A DNA stretch of 64,000 bases from positions 31,868,001 to 31,932,000 of the forward strand of contig NC_043006.1 of NCBI RefSeq assembly GCF_006345805.1. The letters run 5' to 3'. This DNA is from Octopus sinensis (lineage: Eukaryota). The notes below the pieces were generated by a model, which was not told where the DNA came from, made no database searches, and saw nothing but the letters and a program-made list of their open reading frames with translations. Position 1 is the first letter of the stretch; every line of letters begins with the position of its first letter. Positions 40,359-52,479 of the stretch are shown one piece after another. The translations under genes and the position numbers were made by a program.

Positions 40359-42883
40359 AGTGCTAGGAAAATTCGTCCCTGGTTATTTCATCATCGGTTA
40401 ATTTGTTCCCAATCAATTCATCCCCAGATCAATTCATCACTGGCCAATTTGTCCTAAAATACTTTTAAATGTGATTTTCAAGGGCAAGTTTAGAACAATC
40501 ACTTTAGAATTAAAATTGTCATTAGACAGTTTCAGATATTATTTTTCCTTTTTTAACCTCTCTCTTAAGTGTCTGCTCTGAACAGTTTACAAAGATTTTC
40601 AAGCAAATTGAATTAAATTTATTCAATATGCCAACCCATCACCATGACTACCTGCAAGATCATAACTTTAGAGAAAGGCAAAATCAAAGTGGTCGATCAA
40701 GAAAATTAATATACACAAAAAATAAGCAGAATGCAGATGGATTGAAGATACACTGGAGGTGCGAAAATTATGTGTGCTAAGCGAAATTTCAAACAGATGA
40801 AAATAATAAAGAGCTTAAGATTGGGATCCATAATCACGCTTTAACTGCTGGAGAGGTAAATGCAAGGATAATAGATTTCAAATATTAAAGTAAGGTCTAT
40901 TTCATCTCATGATGCTCCTCGCTCAGTTATTGCTAGTGAAGTTCAGAATTTAAACGACTGTACATTGCTGCAAATACCTCCGTTTGCACAGCTTAATAGG
41001 AATATTAGACGGAGGCAAGCTGGGCTTTTCCATTCCAAGTGAATACTCCTACATTGACAATGATAAAACGTTTTTAAAGTATGACAGCGGGATGGAAGAT
41101 TCAAACCGAATACTAATATTTGCAAGTGACGAAGCACTTTGACAGTTAAAACAGTACAAGAACTGGGTGGAAGATGGAACATTTAAGTGCTGCTCTAGTA
41201 TAATTTTTCAGTTATATATACTTCACATTCAAATTGATCATTTTAATGCCACACGATTGTTTGCATTGGTCTCTGACAAAAGTCAAGACACATATAGTAG
41301 ACTTTTTGCCAAAATAAATATATTACTGCAGATGAGGGACCTGATAATTATGGATTTTGAAAAAGCAGCCCATAATGGATTTCTGGAATTGTTTCCTGGG
41401 TCAAATTTGGCATGCTGCTTGTTTCATTTAGGACAAAATGTGTACAAGCATGTTGTGCAAGAAGGACTAAAATGCAGATATCATGAAGATGACAGTTTTA
41501 GTCTTAAAATACAGTGTTTTGTTGCCCTTGCCTTCCTGCCAGTTGATGATGTTGTAGATGGATATGAACAACTTGTAGATGATGATGATATTCCACAGTC
41601 AGTTGTATCCTATTTTGAAAATAATTCTATAGGACCACCTAGAGCAAGTGGACAGAGGAAGCAATGCCTTGAACCTCCATTTCCATTATCTATATGGAAT
41701 GTTTGGGATCGATGTATGATGGGGATTGCTCGTACTACAAATAGTTTAGAAGCCTACAACAGTGTGCTGAAAAACACAGTGAATATGAGTCATCCAAATA
41801 TTTGGAAACTAACTGTTGTAATTAAATGTGAGGAAAGGTTTGCCAGTACCAAATTGCAGAAGTTTATGCAAGGAGAAGAACCAAACCAAAAGAAAAAATA
41901 CAGAGATATGAACTTGCATATAAAAAATGTCATGGAAAAACATGATCCAAGCCAGAAAATTATTTTTCTAAAAGCAATTGCACACAATCTTAAATTTTAA
42001 GAAGAAATAGATATCTAATAAAGCAAACCCTAAAATAAATGGCTTTTTTTTTTTTTTGGTGAAGCACGACCTTCGAACTCTAGGCCTCACCAAGGAAATG
42101 ACTAGTGACCGAGACTTTTGGAAATATGCCGTGCATGAGAAGACCCAGCAAGCCAAATGAGACCATAATCTCGTGGCCTATGCCAGTGGCATAACCAGCC
42201 CACTTATGCATACCTTTCCTTCTTTGGACACTAAAACCCTGCTTGCGAAGACCTGTTGAGGCAAGTGAAATCAAAATCAAAATCAAATTCGATGACTGGC
42301 GTCCATGCTAGCAGGGTGCAAAGAGTACCATACGAGTGTGATCATTGACAGAGTGGTTAACCAGCTTCCATGCCAGTGACACTTAAAAGGCACCATTCGA
42401 GCGAGCGTGATCGTTACCAGCGACGCCTTACTGGCAATTGAGCCCCATGCTAGAAGGGTATTAAGAGCACCATCCGAGTGTAATCATTTGCCAGAGCGGC
42501 TATCTGGCCTCCGTGCCAGTGGCATGTAAAAGACACCATTCGAGCGTTACCAGCATTGCCTTACTGGCACCTGTGCCGGTGGCATGTGTAAAAGATTCGA
42601 GCGAGGTCGTTGCCAGTACTGCCTGACTGGCACATAAAAGCACCCACTACACTCTCAAAGTGGTTGGCGTTAGGAAGGGCACTCAGCTGTAGAAACTCTG
42701 CCAGATCAAGATTGAAGCCTGGTGCAGCCATCTGGTTCGCCAGCCCTCAATCAATCGTACAACCCATGCTAGCATGGAAAGCAGCCGTTAAACGATGATG
42801 ATGATGATTCGTTCTTCCATTTTTCCAGTAATCTTGACAAAGTGACTGGGATCAAATAGCCACCGATGAATTGACCTTACACC
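40359..42883 (+). mobile_element. Mutator-like (MULE) transposon with FLYWCH-like + DDE transposase, pseudogenised
   Basis: 9-10 bp TSD GTTCCACAT(A) at 40350 and 42884. Imperfect TIRs. HWRC...C.AK...HNH zinc finger (with stops). ORF 41167-42000 has DGTFK, MDFEKA, CCLFH and RTTNSLE motifs. Confidence 0.92.
42057..42806 (+). mobile_element. RTE LINE 3' fragment nested in the MULE
   Basis: VKHDLRTLGLT, repeat-rich 3'UTR, (GAT)n tail. Confidence 0.9.
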
Positions 42884-43282
42884 GTTCCACATATCCACCA
42901 CTAAAAGAAGTTCCTTTAGAACTTAATCCTTAATCTGTTTATATACAACAATCTTTTAGATATTTTCACAACAGTTTAAAAAGCAAAACTGACACATTTT
43001 TATAAATATTTAGCTGTGTTTCACCAATTAAGTTCCTCACTCAGTTAATGGACTTTTTGTTTGTTTTTATACATAGAAACATCTACATTATCTCTTTCTC
43101 TCCTTACATGTGTGTGTGTGTGTATACATATACATAATTACAGTGGCTAGTTGCAATTTAAAACCAAAAGGCACAAGTACAATCATCACTAAAGTGACTA
43201 AGATGCAAGTCAGCACCAGCATTGCTAGAAATAAGAGTCAAAACAATTCTTAGCCATGGCCAAAGCATTATATGTATGTACG

Positions 43283-43358
<76 letters not shown>

Positions 43359-43454
43359 GGAGTAAACATAAATGTGAAACAAGGTGGAAAAAAAGAGTAC
43401 TCAAATACCAGTGGTAGAGTAATATGCTTTATTTAAAGCAGCAGAAAATTCAGA

Positions 43455-43492
43455 CTGTCTGATGAACGGCAACGAGAAACTCAGAGTAACAG
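43455..43492 (+). ncRNA. Minimal hammerhead ribozyme motif inside an inverted repeat
   Basis: CTGT-CTGATGA-A-CG(GCAA)CG-A-GAAA-CTCAGAG-TA-ACAG with a GUA triplet. Flanked by 31-bp inverted arms. Confidence 0.6.
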
Positions 43493-43524
43493 ATTTTGTT
43501 GAATTTTCTGCTGCTTTAAATAAA

Positions 43525-43558
<34 letters not shown>

Positions 43559-43655
43559 GGAGACCATCATACATCTCAAGAAGTGTATACATTTTTTTTG
43601 TGTGTGTCTCTCTCGCTCTCTCTCCATACACATACATTAGAGTGAGTGACTGTAC

Positions 43656-43724
43656 CTGAATGGACACACCAAAGTTGTTACCATCTTCAATTTTAGGAAT
43701 GAGAAAAGAAATCCACATTTTTAA
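43656..43724 (-). CDS. PSME3: PSME3 coding exon 6 (LKMWISFLIPKIEDGNNFGVSIQ, activation loop)
   Basis: TTTCCAG acceptor, GT donor, 69 nt. Contains the PA28 activation loop IPKIEDGNNFGV. Confidence 0.98.
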
Positions 43725-44084
43725 CTGGAAAGAAAAAAGAATAGATTTAAATAAGGGCAACTCAAACTGAACATTCAGACCAGATACACAAAATATAAAC
43801 AAAATCTTACAAATATCTTATGTTTTTTCACTTGTTTTAGTCATTAGACTGTGGTCATGCTGGGGCACCACATTGAAGAATTTTTAATTGAATAGATTGA
43901 CCCCAGTATTTATTTAAAGATGTTTGTGTAATATGAGGGAGATCTGGCGACTGTTTTAACCCCTTTGCCTGTCCTGTGTATTTCTTGTGATGTCCATGTA
44001 TCATATATAATACATATTCCCAATTCTTTTAAACCACAAGAGGAACTTGGGACTTATGAAAGGAAAACTTTATACTCTCTCTCT

Positions 44085-44264
44085 TTTACTTGTTTCAGTC
44101 ATTTGACTGCGGCCATGGTGGAGCATCGACCCCAGGACTTATTCTTTGTAAGCCTAGTACTTATTCTATCGGTCTCTTTTGCCGAACCGCTAAGTGACGG
44201 CGATGTAAACACACCAGCATCGGTTGTCAAGCAATGCTTGGGGAACAAACAGACACACACACAC

Positions 44265-44313
<49 letters not shown>

Positions 44314-45722
44314 GATGCTCGGGAGCATCTGCAGAAAACAACTTCCGTCACTTTGCAAGGGGAAAAATTAGAAGTAGTTGATAGCTTCCGTTATCTAGGT
44401 GACCAAGTCAGTAGTGGGGGTGGGTGCGCTGAGAGTGTAACTGCTAGAATAAGAATAGCCTGGGCAAAGTTTAGGGAGCTCTTACCTCTGCTGGTGACAA
44501 AAGGCCTCTCGCTCAGAGTAAAGGGCAGACGGTATGATGCATGTGTACGAACTGCCATGCTACATGGCAGTGAAACATGGGCCGTGACTGCTGAGGACAT
44601 GCGTAAGCTCATGAGGAATGAAGCCAGTATGCTCCGATGGATGTGTAATGTCAGTGTACTTACTCGACAGAGCGTTAGTTCCTTGAGAGAAATGTTGGAC
44701 CTAAGAAGCATCAGTTGTTGTGTGCAAGAGAGACGATTGCGCTGGTATGGTCATGTGGCAAGAATGGATGAAGATAGGTGTGTGAGAAAGTGCCAATCCC
44801 TAGCAGTTGAGGGAACCCGTGGAAGAGGTAGACCCAGGAAAACCTGGGACGAGGTGGTGAAGCACAACCTTCGAACGTTAGGTCTCACCATGGAAATGAC
44901 TAGAGACCGAGACCTATGGAAGTATGCTGTGTGTGAGAAGACCCGGCAAGACTAGTGAAGCCATAACCCATGGCCACTACCTGGGACGTAGTCAGTCCAC
45001 CTGTGCATACCTTCCTGCTTGTGATACTTGTGAAGACCTGTTGAGGCAAGTGAAAGTCAAGTCAAATCGAATCAAATCAAATAGATGAACATCAATGGAA
45101 TTTGTATCCTTGTGGTACCAGTGCCGGTGGCACATAAGAAAACCATCCAAACAGGACCGTAGCCAGTACCGCATCGACTGGCCCCGTGCTGTGGGCACGT
45201 AACAAACACCATCCGATCGTAGCCGTTCGCCAGCCTCGTCTGGCACCTGTGTCGGTGGCACATAAAAAACACCATCCGAGCGTGGCCGTCTGCCAGCCTC
45301 GTCTGGCACCTGTGTCGGTGGCACATAAAAAACACCATTCGAGCGTGACCGTCTGCCAGCCTCGTCTGGCACCTGTGTCGGTGGCACATAAAATCACCCA
45401 CTACACTCTCGGAGTGGTTGGCGTTAGGAAGGGCATCCAGCTGTAGAAACACTGCCAGATCTGACTGGCCTGGTGCAGCCTTCGGGCTTACCAGACCCCA
45501 GTTGAACCGTCCAACCCATGCTAGCATGGAAAGCGGACGTTAAACGATGATGATGATGATATATATATATATATACGACCGGCTTCTTTCAGTTTCCGTC
45601 TACCAAATCCACTCACAAAGCTTTGGTCGGCCCGAGGCTATAGTAGAAGACACTTGCCCAACATGCCACGCAGTGGGACTGAACCCGGAACCATGTGGTT
45701 GGTTAGCAAGCTACTTACCACA
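44085..45722 (-). mobile_element. SINE family A split by an RTE LINE
   Basis: Tail/body 44085-44265, (TA)n, LINE, (TA)n, head half 45573-45722. Confidence 0.9.
44310..45559 (+). mobile_element. RTE LINE, 5'-truncated, young
   Basis: Open frame LEVVDSFRYLG...RGRGRPRKTW...EKTRQD*. 63-bp tandem repeats in the 3'UTR, (GAT)n tail. Highly similar to 30301-31908. Confidence 0.95.
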
Positions 45723-45915
45723 AATTTATATTACTCAAAACATAAGAAACAAAGGTTAACTAGAAGTCTGAAAAAAAGCATTGGACATGAAGAACTTACA
45801 AAAATACCTTAGACAGGCGAAGGGTTAAAATGAGACTAAGACCCCAATCTGTTTTAAAGAAGTAGATAACAATATGAAGCTAATGAATAAAGAATAAGAG
45901 AGAAAGCAAGCTTAC

Positions 45916-46034
45916 CATATTAGTGTGATCAACGAGCTGTCTAATGATGGGTTTCAATGTCTGGATTAGATGAGAGATTTCTTTATTTGTGGGAATACTA
46001 CCTTGTGGAAGACACAACACCATTGAACCTTGAA
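45916..46034 (-). CDS. PSME3: PSME3 coding exon 5 (VQGSMVLCLPQGSIPTNKEISHLIQTLKPIIRQLVDHTNM)
   Basis: TTTTCTAG acceptor, GTAAGC donor, 119 nt, phase-compatible with exon 4. Aligns to human FQGTKVFVMPNG...VKPEIRLLIEKCNT. Confidence 0.95.
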
Positions 46035-47857
46035 CTAGAAAACAATATCAACAAATATTACAACAAACTGATTATCTTTCCATTAAAAAAATTTCCTTTT
46101 TTTAATTTTAGTCTGAAAATTGTTTTTCAACTAGTTGACTCTGGGCAGATTTGAAATCAAAAGTAATCCAGCCATGACCATCCCACCTTCTTACAATATT
46201 TAAACTGCACTGCAAGTGTCGTTCCTTTTTGTGACAATTTAGCCCTTTAGTGTTTAGATTAATCTGTCAAATGCTTATTTGTTCACATTATTTTGAATTA
46301 TTCAGATTCAAGAGGGATGCCCAAAATATTTGCTTGTAACTCTGTTAATTTTTTACGTAAAGAATTGAAATTTTGTCAATAGGTGCTTATATGCCAGTGG
46401 ATTATAGTTATGTAACTTTAGCTGATCTTGCGGATTAAATTTGACTTTTACGGGCAGGTAAATTTAATTAACAGGTGTAAAAGCAATAACATTATGGATA
46501 AACACTAAATGCATCTTGCCTGTTTGATTTGTAACTAAAATTATCCCAGATGTCAACTGCCAATAATTTTGTCACTTTTCATGAAGAGGTACATTAATTT
46601 GAGTTAATTAAAATACAGGTATAATCGGTACAAGATTTTATTCTTTCTCTAAATTTCATTTCAAACATTTTCCTTGAAAATGAACTACAAAACTCTTTTA
46701 TTAGTCAATATACCATTGGCTATGTACTCTTATACAATTTAATGAATATATTTACATAACAGAATGCATCTAATAAAAACAGCTCATTAACAGGTGAGGC
46801 AAAGGTGAATAGAGATGTGTAACATACTGAAAATTGATATGTATTTCTCACTTTGAAAGGAATATATGATAGTATTACTATCAAACAACAAAATATAGTT
46901 ATGCTATATATCCATTGTGAAACTGTCCAAAGCACCCTTTACACAAGGGCACTTTGCAAAATGAACACATATGAGGTCTCGACCTGATATCCTTTTGCAG
47001 TTTTTTCTTTTTGCAGCGAACAGTCTGTAAACTTTTTCCCACTTTATAGAAGTCAATATTTTCTGTTGTCATCCACCTCAGTTAATTTTGCTTTTCTTCC
47101 AGTTCTGTACTTTCTGGAAGAAAACCCCTCATGTAACTAAGATGCAATGTCAACTCAAAATTTCAAATGGTTGTAATTCTTTGGTGGTGGGCATATTTTG
47201 TGGCTTTTTACATAGACAATATATGAATTAACTGTAGTTAGACATAATGCTTTGTCAGGAAGGGAGTGCAAACAGACACATATACACATGTTGGGCTTCC
47301 ACACAGTTTCTGTCTATCACAAGGCACTGGTCAGCCCAGGACAATAATAGAAGACACATGCCCAAGGTGCTGCACAGTGGGACTGAACCTGAAAGTGCAA
47401 GATTACCTACACATTGAGGCCTATGTATTATGAACTATAACTTTTAAGATAAAGATTAAGGAAGGAATAAAATGTTATGAAGAGATTCTTCAAAATATGT
47501 AATGTACTTTAAGAGTTCCTTAAGGGTAAAAAGACTAGGAAATGTTACCCATGGGTTTCCTTATGTTCTGGCTAGAAATCATAGCTCTACATGGTCACCC
47601 AACTTACAAGAAACAGCAGCCAAATCCCATTCAAATGATATCCTGCTCTTTTTAAACAAAGGCCATACTGGACAGTACAGTTATAGATCTACAAAAAAGA
47701 TGAGATGTCATGGCTGGAGTACATTTTATCATAAATTTACTCTTTACATAGCTGACCCAGAGAGAAACAACAACAAAATATCACAATTAAACAATGGAAC
47801 AAAAACAAAACAAAAAATACAATTTTGGTCTATTTTTGCCCTGACAAATCAACTTAC

Positions 47858-47906
47858 CATTATCAAGATTTGCATGGTTCTGATCCAGACGTCTCTTCTT
47901 TGATGG
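47858..47906 (-). CDS. PSME3: PSME3 coding exon 4 (PSKKRRLDQNHANLDN, NLS)
   Basis: CTTCTTGTAG acceptor, GTAAGT donor, 49 nt. Contains the KKRRLD nuclear localisation signal typical of PA28-gamma. Confidence 0.95.
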
Positions 47907-47969
47907 CTACAAGAAGAGAGGACAGAGAAATAGTCAGTGTCAAGAAGAAAGGCATAAATGGCTCATTAA

Positions 47970-48161
47970 CCCTTTAGCATTTAGATTATTATTCTAGCTA
48001 ACACAATGTTCATTTATTCACGTTGTTTTGAATTAATCGTGCTTTATATCTCATAGCTTCAAGATTCCAATGATGTGATTGTTTATTTTTAGACTGACAT
48101 TGTAGTATAAGAGACTGGATCTAGCTGGCTTGACCATATGGCCGGTTTAAATGCGAAAGGG
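47970..48161. mobile_element. piggyBac-like MITE
   Basis: TTAA|CCCTTTAGCATTTA ... TAAATGCGAAAGGG|TTAA. Confidence 0.85.
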
Positions 48162-48429
48162 TTAAAGAAAGAAAGCAACAAAAAAATGGAGAACAGTGTG
48201 AAGAGTAATAAAAGGGTGGAAAAAGGAGGAGGACAAAGGTAAGAAAGTTAGTGTTAAGGTAAAGAGAGAGTGAGAAGTTCCATGGGTGGAAGTAAACAAG
48301 AAATAAATGAAGAGAAAGAAGAAAGACTGTATGGTGTTTAGGGTGGTTAAAAGAAGGATAAAAATTTTAAAAAGACAAGATTTAAAATCTAAGCATGTAA
48401 CAGGCACTCACATTGTGTGTAATGTTATA

Positions 48430-48970
48430 ATGAAGTTTGATCGAAAAGTATTGGAACTGTTGCTATGGCAATGGAGCTAAAGTACACAGGGTGAATGGAA
48501 CCATTTGGCACAGACTGACCTTTAACTCTAACGTTCTTGCTCACTACAATTGTTTATAGCAATGCTTGGAAGTAAAGTGTGTAACGTCTCAAAAAGAAGA
48601 TCAGATTTCAGCTGTGAAGAATCTCCTTGATTGTGTTGAGAAAGACAAAAGTTTTCTGAGAACGGTCATAACAGGTGACAAATCGTGGGTATATAGCTAT
48701 GACCCTGAAACTCAGACTCAGTCTTTGCAGTGGAAGACCCCCCAACAAGACTTCAAGATGTTGAAGAAATCCAAGAGAATGCGACGAGGCAGCTGTTCAC
48801 TGTCCCAGAAAAGAAGTTTCAGGACTGCTTCGATCAATGGAAATGAGGCTGGATAGAGTGTGTAGCTTCTGAAGGAAACTGATTCGAAGGAGATTAAATG
48901 CCAAACGATTGATGTGTGTCAGAGTTTTCTTTTTATAACACTAATCCAAATATGTTTTAATCAGACTTCA
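48430..48970 (+). mobile_element. Mariner internal-deletion derivative
   Basis: FLRTVITGDKSWVYSYDPET..QS.QWK fused to C-terminal FQDCFDQWK..W..CVASEG..FEGD*. Degenerate TIRs. Confidence 0.85.
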
Positions 48971-49286
48971 AGAGTAAATCTAATTGTATTGTGTGTGAAT
49001 AATATTCTTTAAAACTTATTCAACAGTGCAATTCACAATGGTTTCTATTCTTCACACTAACACATCTGAGGAGATGTGATCATACAAGAAATGAATTAAA
49101 TTTTTTATATAATTTTAAATAGTTCTAACTCTTCTAGAAACTTCTAAAGAGAAGAAACATTAGATAAGAAAATAAAAACAAGAGAAGAAAGAGATGGAAG
49201 AGAATTTGTCGAGTCATTGTGGAAATGGAATAGAAATCTAAAATCTTTCAATGCAGAAAGCGTGGAGAGTTAAGAATGTTACTGAC

Positions 49287-49430
49287 CAAATCTTCCACCA
49301 ACACAGGGTCTGGTACAGGGACATTCAAGTCACAATGGATGTCATTTACTCGTTCTAATGTTAATGTTTTGAATAAATTGTCCAACTCCACAACCTTACG
49401 CGGAAAGACATCTTTGATGAGAACCTCGCC
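49287..49430 (-). CDS. PSME3: PSME3 coding exon 3 (GEVLIKDVFPRKVVELDNLFKTLTLERVNDIHCDLNVPVPDPVLVEDL)
   Basis: TTTTTTCCAG acceptor, GTCAGT donor, 144 nt. PA28 N-terminal motifs FPxK..ELD and LNxPVPDP. Confidence 0.96.
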
Positions 49431-49574
49431 CTGGAAAAAAGTTTAAAAAACAGAAAAATCATTTTCTTTTTTTGTTCTTCAATCATTGAAACTTGAATTA
49501 GCAAACAGGAAATATTTAAAATAAATGCAGCACATCTTCAATAACACAGCAGTATTACTACTACTAATAATAAT

Positions 49575-50186
49575 TGGTTCTACTAAAGGCAGAAGGCCAG
49601 AGATTTTGAGGGGAAGGGCAAGTTAATTACATGGAGCCCAGTAATTGACTGGTCAGTTATTCTATCAACCTCAAAAGGATAAAAGACAAAGTCGAGCTTG
49701 GCAGCATTTGAACTCGGAATGTAAAGAGCCAAAAGAATTACTGATATTTTCTTCGATGCAATAAGGATTCTGACAGCTCACCACCACAGCTAATCACAAT
49801 CATCATCATTTAACATATGTTTTTCCATGGGTTAGATGGTTTGACAGGAACTGGTAAGACTTGGGGTGCACAAAGCTCCATTTGTCTGTTCTGGCATGGT
49901 TTCTGATGCCCTTCCTAATGCCAAACACTTTACAGAGTGTACTAGATGCTTTTTACATAGCACAAGCACTAATAATATTAATCCTTTTTACTAAAGGCAC
50001 AAGGCCTGAAATTTTAGGGGACAGTGTTGGTCAATTCAACTGACATCAGTGCTCAACTGGTGCTTATTTCATTGACCCTGGAAGGAGGGAAAGGGAAAGT
50101 TGACCTCGGTGGAATTTGAACTCAGAACATGAAAAAGGACAAAATTCTTTGTCTTGCACGCTAATGATTCTGCTAGCTCGCCACCT
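49575..50186 (-). mobile_element. Cluster of two SINE family B copies and an RTE-tail fragment
   Basis: Family B motifs at 49575-49790 and 49983-50186. CATCATCATTTAAC...CCATG tail at 49800. Confidence 0.75.
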
Positions 50187-50924
50187 TAACAACAGCAGCA
50201 GCAATAACAACAATGGTGGTGGTGGTGGTGGTGGTGGCAGCGGCGGTGATGATGATTTCTCACATTGACCACCAGGCCAAAATCAAACAGATCAACCAAT
50301 TTTATCAATAACAAAAGATAAATGAAAGGAGACTGAGCGAATACCAACTCAGAGGGAAAATAATGCAATGAAACTGCATTGCATTTTCTCTTTCAGTCCA
50401 TCATAAAAATAATTCTAATTTTGGCACAAAACATAAACCCAGAGCACCGTAGCCATAATGGCATTAAAGGGTTAAGTTTTTTCTTATTTATTAGAGACAA
50501 AAACAGCCTTTGTAACAAATACAAATTGGCACATCCAACCTAACTTGGATGCCAGAATGAAATCAGGGAAAACAAATCAGGTTAAGACTAGCATTCAATG
50601 ATTGGCGGCAGTAGCTGCTGCTGCCTGTCATCATCATCACCATCATTTAACATCCATTTTCCATGTTGGCACAGGTTGGATGGTTTGACAGGAGCTGGCA
50701 GGGCCAGGAGCCACACCAAGTTCTATAGTTTGTTTCTGCTTGGTTCCTACAACTGGATCCCCTTCCTAATGTCAACCACATTGCAGAGTGTACTGGGTGC
50801 TTTTTACATGGCACTGGCACCGGTAGGGTAACCAAGTACCTTGCAAGACAAGAACCCCACTCAATTTGGAGAGTGGGGGAGTAGTATTGATGAGGTGTGG
50901 CTTTGTACCAGTTGAGAGATTTAA

Positions 50925-51131
50925 CCCTTTCGACCCAGAATTTTTTCTCAAGTTGGTAATGGCAGGGGGTTTGTACGCATGCAAGCCTTTTGAGCTGTCA
51001 TAGTGTCATACACTCCGATCATACGTCTGGTGCTACATACCTACCAGGAAAACCGGAGCGGTACTATACTGCATCACATAGGCTATAAAAGTTTTGACTG
51101 GTACACATATGTAACAGCCGGGTCAAAAGGG
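50925..51131. mobile_element. piggyBac-like MITE inserted in an RTE-tail repeat
   Basis: TTAA|CCCTTTCGACCC ... GGGTCAAAAGGG|TTAA. Confidence 0.88.
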
Positions 51132-51781
51132 TTAAGGTGCAGAGGGGACAGATATAGGTATCTTGCTGTAGAATAGATACATGAACAACACATTTTACTC
51201 TGAAATCACATGAGACAACAGTCATTCATCTCCATGCTGATAAAATCTCATCAACCAATACAATTTGCACTTTTTAGCATTCGTCATCTTCACAAGAAGC
51301 TTTTTCAAGACATTTACTGTGGTCTACAGAGTTATAAACAATACATCCAGGTTAGGTTAGATGAGCTAATTAATATTTTCCAACTGTTTCTTGAAGTATA
51401 ATCTTGGACCATACCTAAAGAACCCTTCATAACTGCAATAACCATTCCCAAGTTTGCTTCTATTGAACTGTGATAATGTTCAACTTTCATTCCTACCATT
51501 AACAATTCCACCATGAAGTTAACAAGAAGTGGTTCCCAACCGTTTCACTACCAAGGACCCCTTTTACTTAAATGAGTTTTCCCATAGACCCCAGGATATT
51601 GAAAGGTCTGTCAGTTTAACATGTTCACAGATCCCTGGTACTACCTTCGCAGACTGCCAGTGGTCTGCAGACCAAAGGCTGGGAACCACTGGGATAGGAC
51701 AACATGGGGCAACAAAAGTAGACTAAAACGATGTGTTTTACCTTGCTGACCACCAACAATGGCAGTCAGCATCTCTTTTAC

Positions 51782-52098
51782 CTTTTACTCGTTTCAGTTA
51801 TAAGACTGCAGCCATGCTGGGGCACCACCTTGAAGAATTAATTCTTTTTTAAACCTAGTACTTATTGTGTCGGTCTCTTTTGTCAAACCACTAAGTTACA
51901 GGGAGGTAAACACACCAACACCAGTTGTTAAGCAGTGGTGGGGAACAAACAAAGACACACACATACGATGGGCTTCTTTCAGTTTCCACCTACCAAATCC
52001 ACTCACAAGGCTTTGGCTGGCCCAAGGTGCTACATAGTGGGACTGAACCTGGAACCACGAGGTTGGGAAGCAAAGTTTTAAGTACACAGCTATGCCTG
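51782..52098 (-). mobile_element. SINE family A
   Basis: Tail, body and head motifs, CpG-decayed. Confidence 0.85.
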
Positions 52099-52184
52099 CT
52101 CTTATTTGTGCATTTGTAAAGTGACAAATTAAAAACAGGAAAAATAATCAAAGAAATAAAAAAACAGTTTTACAAATAGCTTAC

Positions 52185-52217
52185 ATCTGTTTTCAACTTT
52201 TCTTTGAAAGCTGCTAC
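52185..52217 (-). CDS. PSME3: PSME3 coding exon 2 (VAAFKEKLKTD)
   Basis: Polypyrimidine tract + TAG acceptor, GTAAGC donor, 33 nt. Aligns to human VDSFRERITSE. Confidence 0.9.
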
Positions 52218-52479
52218 CTAAAAGAGAAGAAAGAAAATAATTTACCAAACCACATTCGTTAAAAACTTTTCATTCATGCATTTATGGTTTATAACTAAGA
52301 GGAAGGCTAAGTATTCTTTCCTATCAGATGCACAGGTGGGTACCATTAAATGCTTAGAATTCTCTGAAGAAGTCCAGGGGGTTCAGGCTAAATTTGATGC
52401 CATTTTTATGTCTCTTTCCATGAACAGCTTGATGTATTAGTGAATGGTCAATGGTGTTGGAGAGCATAAACGTTAAAGT

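Noticed and set aside
45110-45400. CRISPR-like periodic array of about 63 bp
   Set aside because: Units repeat in full without unique spacers, lie in a LINE 3'UTR, have no cas genes nearby, and the DNA is eukaryotic.
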